A DNA stretch of 64,000 nt, taken from an uncultured Gemmatimonadales bacterium (GTDB lineage Bacteria; Gemmatimonadota; Gemmatimonadetes; Longimicrobiales; RSA9). Both the position numbers and the translations under genes were made by a program. Below, piece after piece: positions 51,430 to 61,869 of this stretch. Position 1 is the stretch's first letter; the number at the start of each line of letters is the position of its first letter. The notes beneath the pieces were generated by a model, which was given only the letters and a program-made list of their open reading frames with translations, was not told where the DNA came from and ran no database searches. The DNA lies in the NCBI GenBank assembly GCA_963798085.1, contig CAWCRS010000007.1, forward strand, positions 416,001-480,000, read 5' to 3'.

Positions 51430-52437
51430 TCACTGGCGCGTGAAGCGCGAAGCGAACGCCCATGCGGTGCGGGCGGCATTCACCAGCGTGGTGGGCGGGC
51501 CAATGAGGTTCTCCGGCAGCTCGGCGCGCGCCGCACCGGGCCAGCCGTGCCCGGCGCCCGTCAGCTTCCAGTGCTGCACTTCGGCGCCGTCATTGCAGGG
51601 CGCCCACACCAGCCGGGTAGCGGTCTGCGCGGAGTCGCGGGCGGCGGGGTGGCCGCGGCGGGTCTCGGCGACTGTGGGATCAGTCGGGCAGCCATCGGCG
51701 CGGATCCAGGCATCGAGTCCCTGCTGCACGGGCTGATGCGTCTCGCGGTGATTCGTGAGCGGGAAGGGTGGACCCAACCCGCCGTTATAGAGAGCCCGCG
51801 GGTCATCCACGCTGTGTATGTCGAGCACGGCCACCGGGCGAGAAGGCGAGAAGGTGGTAACGCTCATGGCGCCGGCGACCGGCACGATGGCGGCAATGCG
51901 ATCGGCGCGTTCGGCGGCGAGCCGGTAGGCCATGATGGCACCATTGGAATGGCCGGTCGCGTAAATGCGCTGCTGATCCACGCGCGTGCGCCGGGTAATG
52001 TCGGCAATCACGTCGATGGTGAACGCGACATCATCAATGTGGTGGTCCATGGCCCAGCCGCAGCAGCCGCCCGCATTCCAGGTCAGCAGGCGCTGGGGCA
52101 GCGGCCCGGTTCCATCCGGGTACGCGACCAGGAAGCCCGCCGAGTCGGCTACGGCATCCAGCCCGGCGTATGCCTTGAAGCCCTGCGCGTTACCACCGCC
52201 GCCGTGAAACGCGATCATCAGAGGAAGGTCGCGGTTTGCGCGCACACTGTCCGGCACATGTACGATATAACGCCGTGTTCGTCCACCGGAGCGCAGGGTG
52301 AAGGTGTGGTCGCCGGGGCTGAGCACAGGCTTCTGGGCGTGGCGGCCGAGCGCGAGCAGTGCCAGCAGCGCGAAGGGCGTGAGCAGGCGCAGCGCGGGCG
52401 TGCGGCGGCGGGGGTGAGCCGATGCTTCAGGCGTCAA
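51430..52437 (-). CDS. PHB depolymerase/LpqC family secreted esterase
   Basis: AFHGGGG, VAYPDG, WNAGGCCG, TGHSNGA nucleophile elbow, GHGWPG. Confidence 0.88.
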   Translation of the reverse strand: MTPEASAHPRRRTPALRLLTPFALLALLALGRHAQKPVLSPGDHTFTLRSGGRTRRYIVHVPDSVRANRDLPLMIAFHGGGGNAQGFKAYAGLDAVADSAGFLVAYPDGTGPLPQRLLTWNAGGCCGWAMDHHIDDVAFTIDVIADITRRTRVDQQRIYATGHSNGAIMAYRLAAERADRIAAIVPVAGAMSVTTFSPSRPVAVLDIHSVDDPRALYNGGLGPPFPLTNHRETHQPVQQGLDAWIRADGCPTDPTVAETRRGHPAARDSAQTATRLVWAPCNDGAEVQHWKLTGAGHGWPGAARAELPENLIGPPTTLVNAARTAWAFASRFTRQ

Positions 52438-53822
52438 GGGCGGCTGCCGCCGGGCGGCTGCGCGCGTTCGCCAGCCGGGTGCAGATGCGTCTGGAACCAG
52501 TCGAGTGCGAGCCGCGCGACCTTGTCCAGCGCGCCGGGTTCTTCGAAGAGGTGCGTCGCCTGCGGTATGATGTGCAGCTGCTTCTGCGAGCGCAGTGCGT
52601 CGAGCGCCGTGCGATTGAGCTCGATCACCTGCACGTCGCGGCCGCCGACGATGAGCAGTGTGGGCGCGCGCACCAGGCGCAGCGCATCGCCGGCGAGGTC
52701 GGGCCGGCCGCCGCGTGAGACGACGGCGCCGACGCGCGCGGGCCGGCGAGCCGCCGCCAGCAATGCCGCGGCGGCGCCGGTGCTGGCGCCGAAGTATCCG
52801 ATCGGAAGGTTGCGCAGGCCGGCATTCGCATCTGCCCAGTCGGTGGCGGCCACCAGCCGGCCGGTGAGCAGACCAATGTCGAAGCGCAGGTGACGCGTAC
52901 GCTCATCGACGGCTTCCTCATCCGCGGTGAGGAGGTCGAGCAGCAGTGTCGCGTACCCTCCGTTCTGCAGCACACCGGCGACCCGCCGGTTGCGCGCGCT
53001 GTGGCGGCTGCTGCCACTGCCGTGCGCGAACAATACGAGGCCCCGCGGCGCCGCAGGCAGGGCGAGGTCCGCATCGAGCAGCACACCGCCCGCCGGAATG
53101 CGCACGGCCTGCACGCCCGGTTCCGCGGCAGAGTGCGCCACGTCCAACACGGCTGCCTGGGCGAGCAGTGTACGCACCTCGTCGTCGGTAGTCTGGCGGA
53201 AATCGCTGTACCAGAGACTCACGCCCTCGAGCTGATCGACTTCGAAGACACTGATCACTTCGTCGGCCACTTCGCGCAGACGATCGAGCACAGCGCGCGC
53301 GCCCACGGGCACCGCCGCGATGATGCGCGCAGGGCCGAGGTGGCGCAGGGCGCGGGTGGCGGCGAGCATGGTCGAGCCTGTGGCCACGCCGTCATCGATG
53401 AGCAGGACCGTGCGGCCGGCGACGCTGAGTGGGGGCCGGTCGCCGCGGTAGAGCCGCTCGCGGCGCTGCAGCTCGTCCGTCTCGCGCCGGGCCGCCGCCT
53501 GCAGCACGGCATCGCCGATGCCCAGCATTTCGACGACCTCATCATTCACGACGAGAGTGCCACCGGAGGCGATCGCGCCCATGGCCAGCTCTTCCTGTCC
53601 CGGCACGCCCAGCTTGCGCACGACGAAGACATCAAGCGGCGCGTGCAGCGCGCGTGCGACCACGCTGGCCACGGGCAAGCCGCCGCGTGGCAGTGCCAGC
53701 ACGATTACCGGCGATCCAGCGAGGTGCTCGAGTCGGCTCGCCAGTGCGTGACCTGCGTCACGCCGGTCGCGAAACCGGTCACTCACGCGCGCATCCAGGC
53801 TGCTGGCGGCGCCATCGGGCAT
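52434..53822 (-). CDS. Phosphoribosyltransferase fused to dienelactone-hydrolase-like domain
   Basis: FRDRRDAG, LPRGG, LIDDGVATGST; C-terminal FAHGSGSSRHS, GYFGASTGA, SRGGRPD, THLFEE. Confidence 0.9.
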   Translation of the reverse strand: MPDGAASSLDARVSDRFRDRRDAGHALASRLEHLAGSPVIVLALPRGGLPVASVVARALHAPLDVFVVRKLGVPGQEELAMGAIASGGTLVVNDEVVEMLGIGDAVLQAAARRETDELQRRERLYRGDRPPLSVAGRTVLLIDDGVATGSTMLAATRALRHLGPARIIAAVPVGARAVLDRLREVADEVISVFEVDQLEGVSLWYSDFRQTTDDEVRTLLAQAAVLDVAHSAAEPGVQAVRIPAGGVLLDADLALPAAPRGLVLFAHGSGSSRHSARNRRVAGVLQNGGYATLLLDLLTADEEAVDERTRHLRFDIGLLTGRLVAATDWADANAGLRNLPIGYFGASTGAAAALLAAARRPARVGAVVSRGGRPDLAGDALRLVRAPTLLIVGGRDVQVIELNRTALDALRSQKQLHIIPQATHLFEEPGALDKVARLALDWFQTHLHPAGERAQPPGGSRP

Positions 53823-54029
53823 TCCTCGGCGAGGGGCGGGGGGATGTTGCAGAGATGCAGGTAGCGCCCGCGCCGGGCAAGGGTGGCGAGGCTTCGCGGC
53901 AGTGAACCGGAAGCGGAGGTGCGTGTACCAGAGGCCCGGCAAAAACGAAAACGGGCCTGCGACGTGACAGTGCACGGCCTCCTGGATCTGAAAGTAACGG
54001 CCGTCGCTGCACGGTCTCGAGGGCATAGA

Positions 54030-54944
54030 TTGAAGCGCAGTGTACTGATCCCGCTCGACGGGTCCATCCCGGCCGAGCGGGCGATACCGCTCGGTGTACA
54101 TCTTTCCGCCCGCTCACGATCTCGCCTGTGCCTGTTGCACGTGCAGGCGCCGATGCAGCCCAGACGCAACCCGGCGGACGCGTATCGCGCGGGTTTCCCG
54201 TCCAGTCAGGAAGCGGAACAATACATGACCGGACTGCTCGACCGGCTGGTGGGCAGCACCGGTGTCATCACAGCCGACGTCGTGCACGGTGAAGTCGAGG
54301 ATACGCTGGTGCACGAAACGCGCAAACACGACGTGGGGTGGGTGGTCATGTCGACGCACGGCGGCAGCGGCGTTCGCGGCGCGCCGATGGGCGACATGGC
54401 CGGTGCACTGCTGCGGCGGGCGCGCGTTCCGGTGCTGGCGATCGGCCCGCACGGGATGAGCGGAGCCATGAGTCGCGGTGACAGCACCGTGTCGAGCGAA
54501 GTGACCAACGTGCTGGTCGCACTGGAAGGCTCCACACCGGCAGAATCGGTGCTGCCGCCGGCGCAGGAACTGGCGCGCATCTGCGGCGCCCGCATCACAC
54601 TGCTTCATGTGGTGACGGACGCGCGGGCGGGTCCGGGCAGGGCCATTATTCCGGGCAGGTCAACAGCGCCGGCATCGCAGGGAAAAGAGATGGCGGCGTA
54701 CCTCGACGGTTTCGTGGAGCCGCTGGTCGACGCCGGCATCGAAGCGGACCGCCGGCTGATGCGCGCCGCGGATGTCGCCGGCGGCATCATCCGCGCGGCG
54801 GGCGAAGCAGGCGCAGACGTGATCGCCATGGTGACGCACACGCACAAGCCGGAGACTGCCGGCCTGGGCACGGCCTCGGCAGGCGTCGTGCAACGATCGC
54901 GTCTGCCGGTGCTGCTGATTCAGCCCGCGACGCAGCGATCCTGA
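54030..54944 (+). CDS. Tandem universal stress protein
   Basis: VLIPLDGS...VMSTHG and VLVALEGS...IAMVTH...LPVLLI. Confidence 0.85.
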   Translation: MKRSVLIPLDGSIPAERAIPLGVHLSARSRSRLCLLHVQAPMQPRRNPADAYRAGFPSSQEAEQYMTGLLDRLVGSTGVITADVVHGEVEDTLVHETRKHDVGWVVMSTHGGSGVRGAPMGDMAGALLRRARVPVLAIGPHGMSGAMSRGDSTVSSEVTNVLVALEGSTPAESVLPPAQELARICGARITLLHVVTDARAGPGRAIIPGRSTAPASQGKEMAAYLDGFVEPLVDAGIEADRRLMRAADVAGGIIRAAGEAGADVIAMVTHTHKPETAGLGTASAGVVQRSRLPVLLIQPATQRS

Positions 54945-54948
54945 TCCG

Positions 54949-55869
54949 TCAGTCCGGCCAGACGGCGGGGGGCGCGACCAGTACGGGAATGCGCGCGCTG
55001 CGAATCACCTTGTCGGCCACACTGCCCAGCAGTGCCCGCCTGAGCGGCCGGCTGCCGTGCGTTCCCAGCACGAGCAGGTCCGCTTTTTCCTGATTCGCTT
55101 CGCGCAACAGCGTGCCGGGCACATCCTCACTGACCAGCACACGACCGTCCACGTCGGGCCACAGCGGGCGGATGCGCATGAGGATGCGTGCGAGATACGC
55201 AGTCGAAGCGCTGCGCCGCTGCTCCGTGTCCGCGCGCTCCAATTCGCGCGCATCGGGCACGAAATGCGAAGGGTACTGGAACGGCGGCTCGATCACATGA
55301 AGCAGTGTGCCGCGACCGTGCTCCTGCAGCGAAGCGGCCATTTCCAGGGCGTGTTCTGCGGCCGCGGAGCCATCCATGGCGGCGACGACACTACGCAGTG
55401 GCGCGGGTGAGGGCAGTGGCGTGTGCAACAGCAGGATCGGCACGCTGGAAATGCGCAGCAGCGCATCCGCTGTGCTCCCCAGGATGGCGCGCTGCAATCC
55501 GCTGCGCGCATGCGTGGTCATGACGATCAGCTCGACAGCGTTCGTGCGAACGTAGGCATCAATGGCATCCGCGGCATGGCCCTGGAGCAGCGCCCAGCGG
55601 ACGGGCAGGCGACTGCGCTCAATGACACGACCTGCCAGCTCGCGTACGTAGGCGGTCTGCTTCTCCACGACTACGGGTCGCAGTCCGTCGAGTGGCGAGA
55701 GCGGCAGGTCGAGTGTGATGTCCCACTTCAACGACTGAAAAACGCTGACCAGGTGGAGCGTGGCACCATGACGCTGCGCGATGGCCTCGGCAATGGGCAG
55801 TGCGCCTTCGGCGAAGTTCGACGTGTCGACGGGAACCACAATGGAAGTCAGCATCGACGGTCTTTCCAT
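54949..55869 (-). CDS. Tandem universal stress protein
   Basis: IVVPVDTS...MTTHARSG..ILGSTA and AAMDGS...LGTHG...LLGSVADKV. Confidence 0.9.
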   Translation of the reverse strand: MERPSMLTSIVVPVDTSNFAEGALPIAEAIAQRHGATLHLVSVFQSLKWDITLDLPLSPLDGLRPVVVEKQTAYVRELAGRVIERSRLPVRWALLQGHAADAIDAYVRTNAVELIVMTTHARSGLQRAILGSTADALLRISSVPILLLHTPLPSPAPLRSVVAAMDGSAAAEHALEMAASLQEHGRGTLLHVIEPPFQYPSHFVPDARELERADTEQRRSASTAYLARILMRIRPLWPDVDGRVLVSEDVPGTLLREANQEKADLLVLGTHGSRPLRRALLGSVADKVIRSARIPVLVAPPAVWPD

Positions 55870-55889
55870 GTCGCCCGATTCGCCGGGCG

Positions 55890-57384
<1,495 letters not shown>

Positions 57385-57394
57385 GGTTCCCTCC

Positions 57395-59410
57395 TCAGGT
57401 TGAGAACAGCGGGCGCTGCGGCGCCAGCGCTGTGAGCGTGAACCAGAATTCGCTGCCCCGACCCGGCGAGGATGCCACATCCATGCGGCCGCCGTGCGCC
57501 TCGACAATGCCGCGGGCAATGGAGAGCCCCAGGCCGGCGCCCCGGCGGTCGCCTTTGAATCCCTGCCAGAACGGAGCGAAGATGTGTTCGCGGTCCGCGG
57601 CACTGATGCCGGGGCCGGTGTCTGTCACGGAAAAGCGCACATCATCCTCCGCCGCCTGTGCGCTGAGGGTGATGCTGCCGTAGCGGGGTGTAAACTTGAG
57701 CGCGTTGTCCAGCAGATTGGCAAACACCTGGTTAATGCGGACGGGGTCGACGGAAACCCAGGGCAGATCGGGCGCCGCGTCCACGCGCAGCTCGATCTCG
57801 CGGGCGGCGGCCTGCGGCCGGAAACGGCTGGCCGCTTCCTCGAGCAGCGCACGCGCCGGCAGGGGCTCGACTTCGACTGTCAGCCGGCCGGCCTCGATGG
57901 CGCGCACGTCCAGCAGATCCTGGATCAGGCGGTTCATACGGTCCGCCTCGCGCAGAATCGCCTGCGCGGCGCGGCGGTGCGACTGGTCCGTGCCCTCGCC
58001 CAGGTAGTGCGTGAGCATGTCCGCGGCCAGCGTGATGCCGTTCAGCGGACTGCGCAGATCGTGGGCGACGATGCCCAGCACCCGTTCCCGCGCGCGCGCC
58101 GCCTGCTGCTCCGCGTGATAGAGCCGGGCATTGTCCAGCGCGAGGGCTGCACGCCGGCCCAGCTCCTGCGCCAGCGGCAGATCCGCTGTCTGATAAGGCC
58201 GGCCGGTCCGCCCGCGCACGAGCAGCATGACGCCCAGTACTTCACCACGGGCGACGAGTGGCACCGCCAGCGCCGACGCCGGGCTCAGCTGTTGCAGCAG
58301 CGCCGCGTGCTCGCCGTTGCGCGCCAGTGCAGCCAGGACGCCTTCGTCGATGTGCTCGATCAGGGCGGGGCGGCGAGTCTGCAGCGCTTTCCAGGCAATG
58401 TGCGCGCGGTCCGAGGTCAGCGGGTGTTCTAACAGTGCGTCAGCCAGCGACTGGCGCGCGGGATCGTGGTGCGCCGCCGCCACGCGGCGCAGCGTGCCTC
58501 GCCCGTCCGCGAGGTCGACCACGCACCACTCGGCGAGATGGCGGGCGCCCAGACGGGCCGTGCGGTGCAGCGCTTCCGTGAGGTCCAGCGTCGAGGAAAG
58601 CTCCTCGCCGGCATCCGCCAGGAAGCGCTGCTGCGCCTGCAGCTGGAGCGTCGCCGTAATGTCGTGCACCACGGCGGTGTACACGTGCTCGCCCTCGATG
58701 ACGACGCTGCTGATGGCCACATCGGCGGTGAATTCTTCGCCCGACTTGCGCCGCCCGGTGACGGGCCGCCCGGCCATGCGCACCGGCTGCTCCATGTCCT
58801 CACCGAGGCGGCGCACGTGCTCGCGGTGCGCTTCGCCGAAGCGTTCCGGAATCAGCCGCTCGATGGGCTGACCGAGTACCTCGACATCGTCATAGCCGAA
58901 CAGGCGCTCGGCCGCGCGATTGAACTGTACAATGCGCTGCGTTTCGTCGATCGAGATGATGGCGTCCGGCGCGATCGCGACGATGCTCGTATAGCGCTCT
59001 TCCGAGCGCCGCAGCGCCAGCTCGGTCCGCTTCTGCTCGGAGATGTCCTGCAGGATCACGAAGCCCCAGGCCACAGTCCCGGAGGCACTACGCATCAGCG
59101 TGGCCGTGATACGGACCCACACGGCCTGACCATCGCGGCGGACCAGGCGAGTGTCCTCGGTGAAGCGTTCCCGCGTGCCCGCCAGCAGTTCCCGACAACG
59201 ACGCAGCAGCATGAAGCGCTGCGCGGTGTCGATCAGCTGCCCAATGGCCCGGCCGCGCAACGCAGCGCCCTCGTAACCCAGCAGCGCCGCGGCAGCGGAA
59301 TTGGCCACCTCGATCGTGCCGTGCTCATCGACGAGCAAGAACCCCGATCCCGCATTCTCGAAGACTGTGCGGAACCGGGCTTCGTCGCTTAGATCGAATG
59401 TGGTCGGCAT
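57395..59410 (-). CDS. PAS-PAS-GAF sensor histidine kinase
   Basis: Two PAS domains, GAF, AHDLRSPL H-box, NLLDNALKF, DTGPGI, GAGLGL. Confidence 0.93.
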   Translation of the reverse strand: MPTTFDLSDEARFRTVFENAGSGFLLVDEHGTIEVANSAAAALLGYEGAALRGRAIGQLIDTAQRFMLLRRCRELLAGTRERFTEDTRLVRRDGQAVWVRITATLMRSASGTVAWGFVILQDISEQKRTELALRRSEERYTSIVAIAPDAIISIDETQRIVQFNRAAERLFGYDDVEVLGQPIERLIPERFGEAHREHVRRLGEDMEQPVRMAGRPVTGRRKSGEEFTADVAISSVVIEGEHVYTAVVHDITATLQLQAQQRFLADAGEELSSTLDLTEALHRTARLGARHLAEWCVVDLADGRGTLRRVAAAHHDPARQSLADALLEHPLTSDRAHIAWKALQTRRPALIEHIDEGVLAALARNGEHAALLQQLSPASALAVPLVARGEVLGVMLLVRGRTGRPYQTADLPLAQELGRRAALALDNARLYHAEQQAARARERVLGIVAHDLRSPLNGITLAADMLTHYLGEGTDQSHRRAAQAILREADRMNRLIQDLLDVRAIEAGRLTVEVEPLPARALLEEAASRFRPQAAAREIELRVDAAPDLPWVSVDPVRINQVFANLLDNALKFTPRYGSITLSAQAAEDDVRFSVTDTGPGISAADREHIFAPFWQGFKGDRRGAGLGLSIARGIVEAHGGRMDVASSPGRGSEFWFTLTALAPQRPLFST

Positions 59411-59561
59411 GGACCCTTCCCCACCCCGAATTCGAGCGCCGCCCGCGAGGGGCGGCGTCGGGATCCCGCGAAACGTTGGTCAGGAATGGAACCGCCAACA
59501 AGGCGGGATTTCACCACCGGCAGGAAAGGGAAAACCCGCTCCATCCGGAGCGTCGCGGCGG

Positions 59562-61607
59562 CTACGCGGCGCCGGCGCGGCGCAGCAGAGCCAGGAACTG
59601 CCTTTCGGTGAGCAGGCGGATCCCCAGGCGTCGGGCCGTCTCGAGCTTCTGCCCGGCCTTGGTGCCGACGACGACGAAGTCCGTGTCATGCGTGACCGTG
59701 GCGGCACTCAAGCCGCCTTGCGCCTCGACCCTGCGCCCGGCGTCCCTGCGCGAGAGCTGCTCGAGGGCGCCGGTAAAGACGAAGCGCCGGCCGCGCAGTG
59801 GGCGCGCCCCGGACCTCGTCGCCACGGGCTTCACACCCTGGCGCAGGAGGCGGTCAAGGGCGCGGCGATTGGGGCGCTCGGCGAAGAAGTCGCGAATCTG
59901 CCGGGCCATGACGCTGCCGATGCCGGCGATGCGCACCAGCTCACCCGTCGATGCGCTCATGATGCGCGGCAGGCTGCCCAAACGCTGTGTCAGGTCGCGC
60001 GCCACGGCAGGGCCAACGCCGGGCACGCCGAGGGCGACCAGCAGACGGTGCAGCTCCGGATGACGGCTGGCGGCAATGGCAGACACCAGCTTGCTCGCGG
60101 AGCGCTCGCCGAAGCGCGGCAGCGGCGTGAGATCGGCAGCGCGCAAGGCATACAGGTCGGCAGGCTCCCGCACGAGGCCGCGCTCGACCAGCAGGCGCGC
60201 GGTCTCCTCGCCAAGGCCCTCGATGTCCAGCGCGTCGGGTGACGCGTAATGCACGAGGCGGCCCACGAGTTGCGCGGGACAGCCCAGCCGGTTGGGGCAG
60301 ACCGTGAACGGCCCATCCCGGACCACGGGCGTACCACAGGCAGGGCAGCGACGCGGCATGCGGAACGGCGCCCCCCGCCGCACACCTCGCCGCGGCAGCC
60401 GCTCGACGACTTCCGGAATCACATCGCCGGCGCGGTGCACGCGCACACGGTCTCCGGCACGGATGTCCCTGCGCCGCACTTCATCACGATTGTGCAGGGT
60501 GGCACGCGAAACGGTGACGCCGCCCACCTCGACCGGCCGCAGCAGCGCCACTGGCGTGAGCACCCCGGTGCGGCCTACCTGTACCGCGATCTGTTCGACG
60601 CGCGTGACCTCGGCACGCGGCTCGAACTTGTACGCCAGCGCCCAGCGCGGGTGGTGCGCGGTCACGCCGAAGCGGGCCCGCAGCGGCACGTCATCCAGCT
60701 TCACGACAATGCCGTCGATCTCGTAGTCGAGCCCGTCCCTCGCCTGCCCGCGACCCCGGTGATAACGCAGGATTTCAGCCTCGCCGCGCGCGGTCTCGAC
60801 CGGTTCGGGCGTGCGAAAACCCCACGTGCGCAGTCTTGCCAGAGCTGCCGAGTCCGTAGCGAACGGGCGGCCCGACACGGCCAGCACTTCGTACACGAGA
60901 TACTCGAGCGGCCGCTGCGCGGTGATGCGCGCGTCCAGCTGGCGCAGCGAGCCGGCGGCCGCGTTGCGCGGATTCGCGAACGGCTCGGCGCCCTGCTCGA
61001 CCAGGCGCCGATTGAGTGTTTCGAAAGCAGCAACAGTCATGAGCACTTCGCCGCGCACGGCCAGCAGTGCGGGCGGCTGGCGGGCGTGCAGTCTGAGCGG
61101 TACCGAGCGAATGGTGCGCGCGTTGGCCGTGACCCGCTCGCCGCGCACACCGTTGCCACGCGTAACGGCGCGCACCAGCACGCCGGCTTCGTAGACCGCT
61201 TCCAGCGAAAGGCCGTCGAGCTTGGGCTGAAGAATGAAACGGGCAGCGTCGCCTGCCATCTTGTGCGCGCGATCCACGAAGCGGCTCACCACCGCGGCAT
61301 CGCGCGTGGCTTCGAGGCTGAGCATGGGCGCCGCGTGCGCGGCGGTCACGAAGCCTTCGCGCGGGGCGCCGGCCACGCGTTGCGTCGGTGAGTCCGGGGT
61401 CACCAGTGCGGGATGCTGCGCCTCCAGCTGCCGCAGCTCCTGGTACAACGCGTCGTACGCATCGTCCGAGATCTGCGGTCGGTCCAGTTCATAGTACAGG
61501 TGATCGTGGCGGCGGATCTCGTCGCGCAGCGCGGCAATGCGGCGGGCGGCGCTGACCGCACGGCCCGCCCGCTTCGGCTGCTTCCCCCGCGTTTTGCGCT
61601 GCGCCAT
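59562..61607 (-). CDS. ligA: NAD-dependent DNA ligase
   Basis: DSPTQRV, KLDG, TRGNG, NPRNAAAGSLRQ, DGIVVK, VGRTG, AGDVIP, C4 zinc finger, HhH, BRCT. Confidence 0.95.
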   Translation of the reverse strand: MAQRKTRGKQPKRAGRAVSAARRIAALRDEIRRHDHLYYELDRPQISDDAYDALYQELRQLEAQHPALVTPDSPTQRVAGAPREGFVTAAHAAPMLSLEATRDAAVVSRFVDRAHKMAGDAARFILQPKLDGLSLEAVYEAGVLVRAVTRGNGVRGERVTANARTIRSVPLRLHARQPPALLAVRGEVLMTVAAFETLNRRLVEQGAEPFANPRNAAAGSLRQLDARITAQRPLEYLVYEVLAVSGRPFATDSAALARLRTWGFRTPEPVETARGEAEILRYHRGRGQARDGLDYEIDGIVVKLDDVPLRARFGVTAHHPRWALAYKFEPRAEVTRVEQIAVQVGRTGVLTPVALLRPVEVGGVTVSRATLHNRDEVRRRDIRAGDRVRVHRAGDVIPEVVERLPRRGVRRGAPFRMPRRCPACGTPVVRDGPFTVCPNRLGCPAQLVGRLVHYASPDALDIEGLGEETARLLVERGLVREPADLYALRAADLTPLPRFGERSASKLVSAIAASRHPELHRLLVALGVPGVGPAVARDLTQRLGSLPRIMSASTGELVRIAGIGSVMARQIRDFFAERPNRRALDRLLRQGVKPVATRSGARPLRGRRFVFTGALEQLSRRDAGRRVEAQGGLSAATVTHDTDFVVVGTKAGQKLETARRLGIRLLTERQFLALLRRAGAA

Positions 61608-61869
61608 GGAATCACCATGAAAGCGCGGAACGGGCGAGGCGCGTGGACCACGATGCCCGGGATGACGATCACGGAGCCTCGCCTGCACACCAGGGTAGGC
61701 AGCGCCACCGCCACGCACCAGTCGCGCCGCTCCGCGTCTCAGCGTGCGGCCGTGTACGCGCATCGGGAAACCTCCGCACCGGGCGCGGGCTTTCTCCTCT
61801 CACGCGGCGCGCGCCGGGCGTGCATCATGCGATGCGAGCGTGTACGCCATGCGCTCGAACAGGCAGGAG

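Noticed and set aside
61816..61831. Second sigma54 promoter (GGGCGTGCATCATGC) before the HAD-ATPase gene
   Set aside because: Only the GG-N10-GC spacing matches, which is expected by chance in GC-rich DNA
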